From an uncultured SAR86 cluster bacterium (GTDB lineage: Bacteria; Pseudomonadota; Gammaproteobacteria; Magnimaribacterales; D2472): a DNA stretch of 64,000 bases. How positions within the stretch are numbered: the stretch's first letter is position 1; every line of letters starts with the position of its first letter. Of this stretch, positions 1-8,826 are shown one piece after another. A program made the position numbers and the translations under genes. Location of the stretch: assembly GCA_902635645.1 (NCBI GenBank), contig CACPON010000001.1, positions 31,435-95,434 of the forward strand. Direction: 5' to 3'. Under the pieces are notes generated by a model, which was not told where the DNA came from, made no database searches, and saw only the letters and a list, made by a program, of their open reading frames with translations.

Positions 1-169
1 TTTGTGAGGCTTTAGTAAGCTCATTAAGATGTAACTTTAAATTTAAAGATTCTTTTTCATCTCCATAAACTATTGCTGGAACCATTCCGTCAACTTTTCT
101 AATAACTCTAGCTTTATTAGATCCAGTTCTTTCTCTTGTTTCAGCATTTAAAACTATTTGATCACTCAT
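1..169 (-). CDS. rplY: 50S ribosomal protein L25/Ctc, 5' part only (gene runs off the left edge)
   Basis: Not in the ORF track because there is no stop in the window. Reverse complement from 169 reads MSDQIVLNAETRERTGSNKARVIRKVDGMVPAIVYGDEKESLNLKLHLNELTKASQ, a typical L25/Ctc N-terminus. Lies downstream of prs, as in prs-rplY-pth synteny. Confidence 0.75.
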   Translation of the reverse strand, partial: MSDQIVLNAETRERTGSNKARVIRKVDGMVPAIVYGDEKESLNLKLHLNELTKASQ

Positions 170-178
170 AATATCCTC

Positions 179-1132
179 TTATATAAACATCTCACTTAGA
201 GATTCTTCATTGCTTAATCTTTTGATGCATTCTGCAATTGTCGCACCTAAAGAAATGACGCGTATTTTACTGCATTTTTCACCATCTTGTGACAATGGAA
301 TTGAATTTGTTACAACAAGTTCATCAATTTCTGACTTATTTAATCTTTCTATAGCTGGACCAGAGAGCACAGGATGCGTGATATATGCTTTTACACCTGC
401 TGCACCATGATCTTTTAATGCTTTAGCAGCATTACACAGTGTTCCAGCTGTATCAATGATATCATCAGGCACTATACATACTTTACCCTCAATATCACCA
501 ATAATATTCATTACCTCTGATTGGTTTGCCGCAGCTCTTCTTTTATCTATGATTGCTAAGTCAGCATCATTCAATTGTTTTGCTAAGGCCCTAGATCGAA
601 CTACACCGCCAACATCTGGTGAAACCACAACAATATTATTATCTGGATTATTCTCTTTAATATCATCAACCATCAATTTAGTTGCATAGACATTGTCAGC
701 AGGCATATCAAAGAAACCTTGAATAGTCTCAGAATGCAGGTCTACAGTTAAAACTCTATCTATACCGACAGAATAAAACATATCAGCTACAACTTTTGCA
801 CTAATTGGTACCCTTGCAGATCTAACTCTTCTGTCTTGTCTTGCATAACCGTAATAGGGAACAATGGCTGTAATTCTTGATGCGGACGATCGCTTAAGAG
901 CATCTGCAAGCAACATTAATTCCATCAAATTTTTATTTGAAGGAGCGCATGTAGATTGAAGTATAAAAGTATCATGACCTCTAACATTATCTTCAATTTG
1001 GACTTTTATTTCTCCGTCCGAGAAATATCCTACATCTGCTTTAGATATTTTAATATCTAATATTTTTGCAACCTCATTAGCTAGCTCTGGATTTGCTGTT
1101 CCAGTGAAAAGATCTAGGATTTGTTTGCTCAT
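179..1132 (-). CDS. prs: ribose-phosphate pyrophosphokinase
   Basis: 317 aa, full-length Prs-like sequence ([10 protein letters not shown]-type motif seen as [14 protein letters not shown]-binding DDIIDTAGT). Confidence 0.95.
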   Translation of the reverse strand: MSKQILDLFTGTANPELANEVAKILDIKISKADVGYFSDGEIKVQIEDNVRGHDTFILQSTCAPSNKNLMELMLLADALKRSSASRITAIVPYYGYARQDRRVRSARVPISAKVVADMFYSVGIDRVLTVDLHSETIQGFFDMPADNVYATKLMVDDIKENNPDNNIVVVSPDVGGVVRSRALAKQLNDADLAIIDKRRAAANQSEVMNIIGDIEGKVCIVPDDIIDTAGTLCNAAKALKDHGAAGVKAYITHPVLSGPAIERLNKSEIDELVVTNSIPLSQDGEKCSKIRVISLGATIAECIKRLSNEESLSEMFI

Positions 1133-1149
1133 TCTCTCCCTCTCTTAAT

Positions 1150-1224
1150 TGGCTGGGGTGGTAGGATTCGAACCTACGCATGACGGGATCAAAACCCGTT
1201 GCCTTACCGCTTGGCTACACCCCA
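1150..1224 (-). tRNA. tRNA-Gln (anticodon UUG)
   Basis: Reverse complement TGGGGTGTAGCCAAGCGGTAAGGCAACGGGTTTTGATCCCGTCATGCGTAGGTTCGAATCCTACCACCCCAGCCA. It folds as a cloverleaf by eye, has anticodon loop TTTTGAT with TTG, a GGTTCGAATCC T-arm and an encoded CCA. Closely resembles E. coli tRNA-Gln. Confidence 0.9.
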
Positions 1225-1227
1225 ATA

Positions 1228-2040
1228 CTACACAAACTCCCTTAAAGGCGAATATTGTAATGGTTTAGCTAAAAAGAATCTCCAATTACTTGGAATTATT
1301 TTCAAAATTTTATCTTTTTCAGTCTCACTATTATATTTTATAAACATGGTTGAGCCACTACCTGAAAGATAAATCTGATGTTTTTTTGAATTTTTTCTAT
1401 AAAAATCTTCTACTTCTTTATTGCTCTTTAAAAAAATTCCCCAAAAAGAATTCTGATCGTTTTCTAATAATTTATTTTTATTTTTTTTTGATTCTTCATA
1501 GTCTGAGAACATTTTTTGTGTTGAATTAAATATCTTCGGGTCAATGATAATATATTTTGAAATATCGGATTTTTTCTCCTGAAAAATATCACCAATACCT
1601 GAGGCAAATGCATTTTTACAATTTATAAAAAATGGAACATCTGCACCTATTGTTCTTCCAATATCTATCATTTGGTCTTGGTTTAAATTTAACCCCCATA
1701 TCTTATTTAAAACCATAATAGTTGTGGCTGCATTTGAACTACCGCCACCAAGACCTGCACCTATTGGGATATTTTTTTTAATTGTAATTTTAGCTCCATA
1801 ATTTTTCTTAGAAAGCTCTTGTAAAGAAACTGCAGCCTTATAAATTGTATTTTCTTTTGCATTAAGTGAAGAGTTATTGGTATCAATCAAGATATCGTCT
1901 TTTGCTTGCTCAAAAGTCATAAAATCATACAAATCAATAAATTGAAAAGAAGTATCCAGATTATGATAACCATCAGAATTTTTATCTAATATCTTTAGAT
2001 GGAGATTAATCTTTGCTGGTGAGCTTATTGAGACCTTCAT
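1228..2040 (-). CDS. ispE: 4-diphosphocytidyl-2-C-methyl-D-erythritol kinase
   Basis: 270 aa. N-terminus PAKINLHLKI and GHMP-kinase loop PIGAGLGGGSSNAA. Canonical position between lolB and prs. Confidence 0.9.
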   Translation of the reverse strand: MKVSISSPAKINLHLKILDKNSDGYHNLDTSFQFIDLYDFMTFEQAKDDILIDTNNSSLNAKENTIYKAAVSLQELSKKNYGAKITIKKNIPIGAGLGGGSSNAATTIMVLNKIWGLNLNQDQMIDIGRTIGADVPFFINCKNAFASGIGDIFQEKKSDISKYIIIDPKIFNSTQKMFSDYEESKKNKNKLLENDQNSFWGIFLKSNKEVEDFYRKNSKKHQIYLSGSGSTMFIKYNSETEKDKILKIIPSNWRFFLAKPLQYSPLREFV

Positions 2041-2516
2041 TTTTTGATTAAATACCCGTTAATTAAATTTTCTTGATAAGAGATAGCAAAATTTACCTTA
2101 TTGTCTTTTCTGCTGCATGTAAAATCAAAATATGAACCTTCAACCAGTTCATTAATGTTAAAGCTTCTTGATAAAAGGCATTGTCTCAACCAATACTTGA
2201 AATTTCTGTTTACAGTATCAGGTATATAAAAAGGATTACTGTTTTTAGTTGGCACTATGTTTAAATTTTTGTTCTCTCTAGCTTCAATAATCAAGACATT
2301 TCCATAAAAAGGCTTCTTAAGTTGTATAATAGAATCTAGTTTAGATAAGCTTATAACTATATTTAGTGATACTGGTTCAACATTGCTTGATTCAACCAGC
2401 AACTTGCCTGAATAAATGTTGTATTTATTATCTTTGTTAATAGTTGAGCAAGAGACAGTTATACAAACAAGCACATAAATAAATTTTTTTATAATGGAAT
2501 TACAGTTATTTGGCAT
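2037..2516 (-). CDS. lolB: outer-membrane lipoprotein LolB (probable)
   Basis: 159 aa. Signal peptide with KK n-region and Cys-containing lipobox-like end (ITVSC). Canonical lolB slot between hemA (divergent) and ispE, overlapping ispE by 4 nt. Call rests mainly on synteny and size. Confidence 0.6.
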   Translation of the reverse strand: MPNNCNSIIKKFIYVLVCITVSCSTINKDNKYNIYSGKLLVESSNVEPVSLNIVISLSKLDSIIQLKKPFYGNVLIIEARENKNLNIVPTKNSNPFYIPDTVNRNFKYWLRQCLLSRSFNINELVEGSYFDFTCSRKDNKVNFAISYQENLINGYLIKK

Positions 2517-3726
2517 AAATCATAAAACTTCAAATGTTTCTGAAAGAGAGCAATTCATTATAAATGAGTCCAATCAAATTTTATTAAATACTTTTTTAAA
2601 AGAAAAATTTAAAGAAAAGATAGACTCTTTTTTTGGTGTTTCTACTTGTAATAGAACTGAAGTTTATTTACTAGCTGATTCGGGGCTTGTTAGTAAAATT
2701 CTTCTTGAAACATTAATATTCTTTGAAATAAACCACATTCAAAAAGAAAGCTTTTATATCCTTGATAATCAGGATGCATTGATACATATGTGTAAAGTTG
2801 CATCAGGAATAGATTCTCAAGTACTTGGAGAGCAAGAAATATTTGGACAATTTAAAAAAGCTATAGAGGTTGCAAGACATGCAGATATAGCTAAACCCAG
2901 TCTTTTAAGTTACACAAAAAAAGTTATCGAGATAGTAAAAAAAGTTAGAACACAGACAAATATAGGATTAAATCCATTATCTGTAAGTGGGTTGTCGTTA
3001 AATTTAGTAAAAAATATCTTTGAGGAGCCTCAAAATCAAAACGTTCTTATACTTGGAGCTGGATCACTGGCACACGCTATTATTGATGATCTTATTAAAA
3101 AAGGCATAACTAATATTCGAGCAGTAAATAGAAGTAAAAAAATAATAAAAATAAATAATGATCATGAAATAGTGCCATCATCTTTAAATACTTTGCATAG
3201 AGAATTAGAGTTTGCTGACATTGTAATAGCCTCGGCTACTGCTGATCTGCCTTTAATTGGTAAAGGCTCTATAGAAAACGCTCTTAAAGTTCGAAGAAAC
3301 AAACCAATGCTTTTAATTGATTTAGCAGTTCCAAGAAATATTGAGGAAGAAATTAAGAAAATAGAGCAAGCATATTTATTTTCAATCGACGATATAGAAA
3401 AAATTACGCAGGACAATTATGGTCAAAGAGTAATAGAAGCTGAAAAAGCTCTTAACATAATTGTGCTTGAGTCTCAGGATGCCCTTAAATCAATTCGTGA
3501 AAAAATAACCAAAGATAAAATTCAAATAAAATTAGAATCGTTCTTAGATCAGCTTTCAGACGAAGAGATAAAAAGGTTTAAATCCGCAGAGGATTTAAAA
3601 CAAATGATAATGAATTTATCAATAATAAAATATGAAGATAAATCTTTAGATGAGGTCTTAGATATTAAAAATATTGATAATCATGTAATTGAGTCAATGT
3701 TTAAAAGGTATATTGATAATGCATGA
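2494..3726 (+). CDS. hemA: glutamyl-tRNA reductase
   Basis: 410 aa. N-terminus LFGINHKT and catalytic STCNRTEVY motif, NADPH-binding GAGSLA. Confidence 0.93.
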   Translation: MELQLFGINHKTSNVSEREQFIINESNQILLNTFLKEKFKEKIDSFFGVSTCNRTEVYLLADSGLVSKILLETLIFFEINHIQKESFYILDNQDALIHMCKVASGIDSQVLGEQEIFGQFKKAIEVARHADIAKPSLLSYTKKVIEIVKKVRTQTNIGLNPLSVSGLSLNLVKNIFEEPQNQNVLILGAGSLAHAIIDDLIKKGITNIRAVNRSKKIIKINNDHEIVPSSLNTLHRELEFADIVIASATADLPLIGKGSIENALKVRRNKPMLLIDLAVPRNIEEEIKKIEQAYLFSIDDIEKITQDNYGQRVIEAEKALNIIVLESQDALKSIREKITKDKIQIKLESFLDQLSDEEIKRFKSAEDLKQMIMNLSIIKYEDKSLDEVLDIKNIDNHVIESMFKRYIDNA

Positions 3727-4804
3727 TTCAATGAAGGCAAAGCTATCAAAACTTCAGGAAAGGCTTGCTGAAATTCAGAAGCTATTAATAGACTCAGAGA
3801 CTATCAAAGATATGGATAACTACACTCTGCTTAATAAAGAGTTTGCAGATTTAAAGCCAATTGTTGATAAGTTTGATGAATATAACTCTGTTCTTGCTGC
3901 TATAAATGATGCAAATGAGATTCTTGAATCAGGTGACGAAGATTTAAAAAGTCTTGCTGAAGAAGAATTAAAAGAATCATTAGATAAACCAGATAAATTA
4001 GAACAAGAATTAAAATTAATGTTATTACCTAAAGATTCAGCAGATGATGGTTCTGCATTTCTTGAAATCAGAGCAGGAGCTGGAGGAGATGAGGCAGGTA
4101 TTTTTGCAGGGGATCTATTCAGAATGTATTCACGACTTGCAGAAAGAGAAGGCTGGAATGTTGATGTGATTGATATTAAACAAGCAGAGCAGGGCGGTCT
4201 TAGAGAAGTCGTTGCTCAATTGAACGGTAAAAGTGTATTTAAAGTATTAAAATTTGAATCGGGTGTTCATAGAGTTCAAAGAGTTCCTGAGACTGAATCT
4301 CAAGGAAGAATTCACACTTCAACGTGTACTGTTGCGATACTGCCTGAAGTTGAAGAAGTTCAAGACATACAAATTGATAAAAATGATTTAAGGGTTGATA
4401 CATTTAGAGCCTCTGGAGCTGGAGGTCAACATGTAAATAAAACTGATTCTGCTGTTAGGCTAACACATATACCTAGCGGTCTCGTTGTTGAGTGCCAAGA
4501 CGGAAGATCTCAGCATAAAAATAAAGAAAAAGCACTCTCGTTATTGGCTTCAAAATTAAAACAAGCAGAAATTGAAAGTCAGCAAGAAAGTATTGCTAGT
4601 GAAAGAAAAATATTAGTTGGTACTGGAGACAGAAGCGAAAAAATTAGAACATATAACTTTCCACAAGGCAGAATGACTGATCATAGGATTAAGTTAACAC
4701 AACATAACTTAGATCAAATTATGGATGGAGATATTAAATCTATATGTGATGCTCTATTAGCGGAGAATCAGTTAGCAATGCTTTCTCAACTTGAATCAGA
4801 ATAA
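3719..4804 (+). CDS. prfA: peptide chain release factor 1
   Basis: GGQ motif (SGAGGQHVNKTDSAVR) and PET-type recognition region (RVQRVPETESQGRIHTS). The track ORF begins at 3689, but by N-terminal alignment to RF1 the likely start is ATG 3719 or 3731, overlapping the hemA stop. Confidence 0.95.
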   Translation: MHDSMKAKLSKLQERLAEIQKLLIDSETIKDMDNYTLLNKEFADLKPIVDKFDEYNSVLAAINDANEILESGDEDLKSLAEEELKESLDKPDKLEQELKLMLLPKDSADDGSAFLEIRAGAGGDEAGIFAGDLFRMYSRLAEREGWNVDVIDIKQAEQGGLREVVAQLNGKSVFKVLKFESGVHRVQRVPETESQGRIHTSTCTVAILPEVEEVQDIQIDKNDLRVDTFRASGAGGQHVNKTDSAVRLTHIPSGLVVECQDGRSQHKNKEKALSLLASKLKQAEIESQQESIASERKILVGTGDRSEKIRTYNFPQGRMTDHRIKLTQHNLDQIMDGDIKSICDALLAENQLAMLSQLESE

Positions 4805-5632
4805 TTGAATTCCAAAATTAGTTTTTATATCAAGAATATTAATGAAATGTTGCCAAGTGATAGCGGCATTTCAAAAGAGCTGATATTTTTTTTAAAAGAT
4901 AGGCTAGGGTTAAGTGATACATCTATTTTTTTAGATGAATATAATCTTTCAGACAAAGAAGAAAATTTAATTAAAGAATTTATTGATTTAAAAAGCCAAG
5001 GATTTCCTCTAGATTATATTTTGCAAAACACATCTTTCTATAAAGATGATTTTTATGTTGATCGTCGTGTTTTAGTTCCAAGGCCTGAGACAGAATTGCT
5101 TGTTGATTATATTAATGGCTTAAATTTAAAAGCTGGAATGAAAATTTTAGATGCTGGAACAGGTTCTGGTTGTATAGGAATATCCATAGCTAAATATAAT
5201 CCGAGTATTACAGTTTATGGCATTGATTATTCTCGTGATGCATTAGAGGTCGCACAAATTAATAAAAAAAATAAATTATTAGATAACTTTTATTTAATTA
5301 ATTCAGATTGGCTGAATTGCATACAAGAAAGATCTATAAATATTCTAGTGAGCAATCCTCCATATATTGCACCTTCAGACCCTCATTTAGAAAATCTTAT
5401 ATATGAACCCATAAAAGCATTAGTTGCTGGTGATAATGGGCTAAAAGATTTTAAAACCATAACCAAGCAAGCAAAAAATGTCCTAAGCTCTGATGGTATT
5501 TTAGTTTTTGAACACGGCTACAATCAATCTATGAATGTAGAAAATATTTTAATTGCATCAGGTTTTAAAAATATATATTTGATGAAAGATCATCAATCTC
5601 AACCTAGAATAACAACCGCAAGATTGGCATAA
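4805..5632 (+). CDS. prmC: release-factor glutamine N5-methyltransferase
   Basis: 275 aa. SAM motif LDAGTGSGCIG and catalytic NPPY (VSNPPYI). Immediately follows prfA. Apparent TTG start at 4805. Confidence 0.88.
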   Translation: MNSKISFYIKNINEMLPSDSGISKELIFFLKDRLGLSDTSIFLDEYNLSDKEENLIKEFIDLKSQGFPLDYILQNTSFYKDDFYVDRRVLVPRPETELLVDYINGLNLKAGMKILDAGTGSGCIGISIAKYNPSITVYGIDYSRDALEVAQINKKNKLLDNFYLINSDWLNCIQERSINILVSNPPYIAPSDPHLENLIYEPIKALVAGDNGLKDFKTITKQAKNVLSSDGILVFEHGYNQSMNVENILIASGFKNIYLMKDHQSQPRITTARLA

Positions 5633-5702
5633 AAATTTATTGCTCTAGCTGTTTTTTAAGAATATTATTCTTAAAGATTCTTTATTTCTTTGGGGGTAGA
5701 AA

Positions 5703-6791
5703 ATGTTAGATTTTACGATGAATGAAAGCTCATTAAAAATCATTAAGAATAAAGAAGACCAATATAATCTTCCATATTTATGGATTAGAGACAACTGCTC
5801 ATGTGATCAATGCAGAGTTAAAGAAACTCAAGAAAAAAGATTTATGTTAAATGCAGTTTCGGTTGATTTAAAACCAAAAAAAGTTGTTATCGATAAAGAT
5901 ATAGTAAGTATTGAATGGCCTGATAATCACGAAACATCTATAAATATTTCAGAACTTGAAAATTTGAACAAATCTAGAAAGCCTGAAAAGATTTTATGGA
6001 CTAATGATTTTATTCCAGAATATTACGATTGGAATGAGTTTATAGATAATAAAAATGTTGCAATTGATGCCTTTACTAATTTTATTACTAAGGGTGCGAT
6101 ATGCATTAAAAATGCACCATCTACTCCAAACTCTTTAGAAAATCTTGCGCCTAGACTTGGCCCAATCAGAGAAGTTTTATTTGAAAGAATTCACAATGTT
6201 TCTATAGACGGACATGTATATAACATAGCCCATACTTCACTTGAGGTTCCGCCTCATAACGACTTTGCAAGTTATACATGGCCACCAAGTGTTCAAGCTC
6301 TTCATATGCTAGTTAATGATTGTAAGGGTGGAGAATCAATGATTGTTGATGGTTATTCAGTCTTAAACGATTTAAAAGAAGAGCACCCACATTTTTTTGA
6401 AATCTTATGTAATTTCCACGTGCCTTTTAGAGAATTCGATGAAGACAATGAAACTTATGCTATTGAACCAATCATTAGATTAAATTCAAAGAAAGAAATA
6501 GTTGGTTTTAGATACTCAAATCAATTAATGCAAATGATAAATCCTAACTTAGAAAATGTAGATTTATTCTACAAGGCTTATCATGAATTATGTTCAAGAG
6601 TGAATAGTGACAAATACAAATCAAAATTTAGATTAGAGTCTGGTCATATACTTTTAGTTTCTGCTCACAGAGTCCTACATGGTAGACAAGAATTTAAACC
6701 AAATGGAAAGCGTCACCTTCAAGACGCTTACTATGAAATGGATAACATTGAGAATAATCTAGTCTTGTATCAGGCTCAAAGGAGTAATTAG
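5703..6791 (+). CDS. Fe(II)/2-oxoglutarate dioxygenase of the gamma-butyrobetaine hydroxylase (BBOX/TMLH) family; TmpA-like
   Basis: 362 aa. BBOX-type N-terminal Zn motif WIRDNCSCDQC...WPDNHETS, facial triad H-x-D (PPHNDFASY) plus distal His (SAHRVLHGR). SD-like GGGGGT lies upstream of the ATG. Confidence 0.8.
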   Translation: MLDFTMNESSLKIIKNKEDQYNLPYLWIRDNCSCDQCRVKETQEKRFMLNAVSVDLKPKKVVIDKDIVSIEWPDNHETSINISELENLNKSRKPEKILWTNDFIPEYYDWNEFIDNKNVAIDAFTNFITKGAICIKNAPSTPNSLENLAPRLGPIREVLFERIHNVSIDGHVYNIAHTSLEVPPHNDFASYTWPPSVQALHMLVNDCKGGESMIVDGYSVLNDLKEEHPHFFEILCNFHVPFREFDEDNETYAIEPIIRLNSKKEIVGFRYSNQLMQMINPNLENVDLFYKAYHELCSRVNSDKYKSKFRLESGHILLVSAHRVLHGRQEFKPNGKRHLQDAYYEMDNIENNLVLYQAQRSN

Positions 6792-6792
6792 A

Positions 6793-7350
6793 TTGACTAA
6801 AAAAGTTGAGTTCACATCTATGGACAAAGGAACAAGGAATGATTATGACCTTATATCAATCCATGATTCGGAAAATGAAAGAAACTTAGTTTCTAGAGTT
6901 ATTGAATGGTTGAAGATGATGGATGGAGAGTCGCCCTATAAAATTAGCAGATTACAACATTGTCTCCAAACGGCTACAAGAGCAGAAGAAGACGGAGCTG
7001 ATACTGAGACTATTGTTTGCGCTCTTCTTCATGATATTGGTGATGTAATTTCACCTTCTAATCATTCTCAGGTTTCTGCAGCACTCCTAAGACCTTATAT
7101 AAGCGAAAAAAATTATTGGATAGTTCTAAATCATGGTTTGTTCCAAGGTTATTACTGGATGCATCATTATGACAAGGATAGAAATTTAAGAGATCAATAT
7201 AAGGACCATCCATATTATCAAGACTGTATTGATTTTTGTGCTAACTGGGATCAGAAATCTTTTGATCCAGAGTATAAAACTAAATCCTTAGAATACTTTG
7301 TACCTATGATTGAAAAGATTTTTTCAAAAGAACCAAAGTCGTTTGTATAA
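6793..7350 (+). CDS. HD-domain protein with H...HD...H...H...D ligand pattern; PhnZ/TmpB-like putative diiron oxygenase
   Basis: 185 aa. RLQHC, LLHDIGD, SNHSQ, LNHGL and ANWDQKSFDP give the six-ligand pattern of HD-domain mixed-valent diiron oxygenases. TTG start lies 1 nt after the upstream stop, preceded by AAAGGAG (6778-6784). Confidence 0.6.
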   Translation: MTKKVEFTSMDKGTRNDYDLISIHDSENERNLVSRVIEWLKMMDGESPYKISRLQHCLQTATRAEEDGADTETIVCALLHDIGDVISPSNHSQVSAALLRPYISEKNYWIVLNHGLFQGYYWMHHYDKDRNLRDQYKDHPYYQDCIDFCANWDQKSFDPEYKTKSLEYFVPMIEKIFSKEPKSFV

Positions 7351-7353
7351 AAA

Positions 7354-8820
7354 TTAAGTACCACAGAAAGTTTTATATCTCACTGAAGAACTTTTAACTG
7401 GCTTTTCATATTCATAAAATTCTTTAATTTCGTCGTAAGGATTTTTTAAAATATCATGAAGTTTTAAAAAAGGTTTCATATTATTATCAAAAACTGCTGC
7501 CTTTAAAGCTTCCTCAACTTTATGATTTCTTGGAATATATAATGGATTGACTGCATTCATTGAAGATGCAATCTTTTCATCAGATATGCTTTCTTGCGAG
7601 ACTCTTTCTTTCCATAATGTCATCCAGTTATCGAATGCTATATCATTTTTAAAAAGATTTTTAATACTTTTTATGTCACCAACAAGTGCTTTTGAGAGAT
7701 ATCTAAAGCATAAAGTGAAGTCAACCTTATTAGTTTTCATAAGATTTAATAGCTGAGATATTAAATTAATATCATCTTGATCTTCTTTTGATAAACCAAT
7801 TTTAGACCTCATAGAAGAAAGCCAATAGTTTGTATATACAGGCTTAATTAATTGAAGCACCTCTGTTAATAGTTTTATTGCTTCATTCTGATCTTTGTGA
7901 ACTAGAGGAATTAATGTTTCGGCGAGCCTGGTTAAATTCCAAGTTAAGATTTTTGGTTGGTTTTTATATGAGTATCTTCCATTTTTATCTATTGAACTAA
8001 AAACAGTAGAGGGATCATAGACATCCATGAATGCACAAGGACCATAATCAATAGTTTCTCCTGAAATAGTCATATTGTCAGTGTTCATGACCCCATGAAT
8101 AAATCCAATACTCATCCAATTTGCAACTAATGATGCTTGCTCATTACAAACGGCTGCAAAAAAAGCAAGATAGGGATTTTCTACATCTGCGGTTTCAGGA
8201 AAGTGCCTATTAATTGAGTAATCAGCTAAGTCTTTAATTAAAGACTGATTTTTAGATTTGTATGCATATTCAAAACTTCCAACTCTAATATGACTTGAAG
8301 CAACTCTTGTCATTACACCTCCTGGTAATTCTTGTTCTCTTTGAACATTTTCACCAGTTTTAATTGCAGCAAGGGCTCGTGTTGTTGGAATACCTAAGAC
8401 ATTCATACTTTCACTAATTAGATACTCTCTTAGCACTGGTCCCAATGCAGATTTACCATCTCCTCTTCTTGAAAATGGTGTTGGCCCAGATCCTTTTAAT
8501 TGAATATCTCTTAGATCACCATTTGTATTTACAGATTCACCAAGCAATAAAGCTCTTCCATCACCAAGTGCAGGATTGAAGTGACCAAACTGGTGACCAG
8601 AATATGCTTGAGCTACGGGCTGAGAGTCTTTTAAAACTTCTCTTCCTGAAAATATCTCGGTACATTTATTTTGATTCTTTGCCAAAGAGCTTAAATTTAA
8701 TTCTTCTGCAAGTGAATTATTGAATATAAGTAATTCCGGCGCTGGTGCTGGAGTTGCATAACTCTTTTCGCACATTTCACTTAAACTCTCTAAAAAGGTA
8801 TTTTGTAGATCAAGTTTCAA
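7354..8820 (-). CDS. selO: protein adenylyltransferase SelO (YdiU family)
   Basis: 488 aa. GHQFGHFNPALGDGRA motif, pseudokinase core, and a Cys at the antepenultimate position (..FCGT), where eukaryotic SelO carries Sec. Confidence 0.9.
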   Translation of the reverse strand: MKLDLQNTFLESLSEMCEKSYATPAPAPELLIFNNSLAEELNLSSLAKNQNKCTEIFSGREVLKDSQPVAQAYSGHQFGHFNPALGDGRALLLGESVNTNGDLRDIQLKGSGPTPFSRRGDGKSALGPVLREYLISESMNVLGIPTTRALAAIKTGENVQREQELPGGVMTRVASSHIRVGSFEYAYKSKNQSLIKDLADYSINRHFPETADVENPYLAFFAAVCNEQASLVANWMSIGFIHGVMNTDNMTISGETIDYGPCAFMDVYDPSTVFSSIDKNGRYSYKNQPKILTWNLTRLAETLIPLVHKDQNEAIKLLTEVLQLIKPVYTNYWLSSMRSKIGLSKEDQDDINLISQLLNLMKTNKVDFTLCFRYLSKALVGDIKSIKNLFKNDIAFDNWMTLWKERVSQESISDEKIASSMNAVNPLYIPRNHKVEEALKAAVFDNNMKPFLKLHDILKNPYDEIKEFYEYEKPVKSSSVRYKTFCGT

Positions 8821-8826
8821 ATTACT

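Noticed and set aside
210-689. Track ORFs 210-410 and 456-689 (+). The same applies to 3162-3416, 7547-7756, 9043-9405, 9098-9298, 10189-10374, 11856-12278, 13285-13467, 14222-14467, 15506-15829, 19072-19509, 20670-20886, 20993-21229, 24636-24833, 25669-26124, 26547-26804, 27009-27212, 29896-30093, 30628-30861, 30994-31185, 32250-32667, 33187-33390, 34312-34509, 35224-35457, 35632-35988, 40422-40658, 41806-42090, 44370-44576, 48798-49046, 52262-52519, 53569-53959, 55022-55567, 56206-56397, 57228-57437, 58121-58360, 59899-60102 and 63219-63425.
   Set aside because: Each lies entirely inside, and antisense or out of frame to, a longer ORF with clear family motifs. Their translations are low-complexity, with no recognisable motifs. 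These are typical shadow ORFs of an AT-rich genome.
1133-1149. Sigma-54 (GG-N10-GC) promoters anywhere in the intergenic spacers, prompted by the presence of rpoN.
   Set aside because: I could not recognise a TGGCAC-N5-TTGC-like element in any spacer. A proper position-weight-matrix scan would be needed to be sure.
3689-3718. 5' extensions of track ORFs: prfA from 3689, rplM from 28599, rpsI from 29021, lpoA-like from 33788, ddl from 47769, ispDF from 58249.
   Set aside because: In each case an internal ATG gives an N-terminus matching the family's conserved start (or a proper lipoprotein signal peptide) and a normal stop/start overlap with the upstream gene. The extensions would add non-conserved residues overlapping the neighbouring gene.
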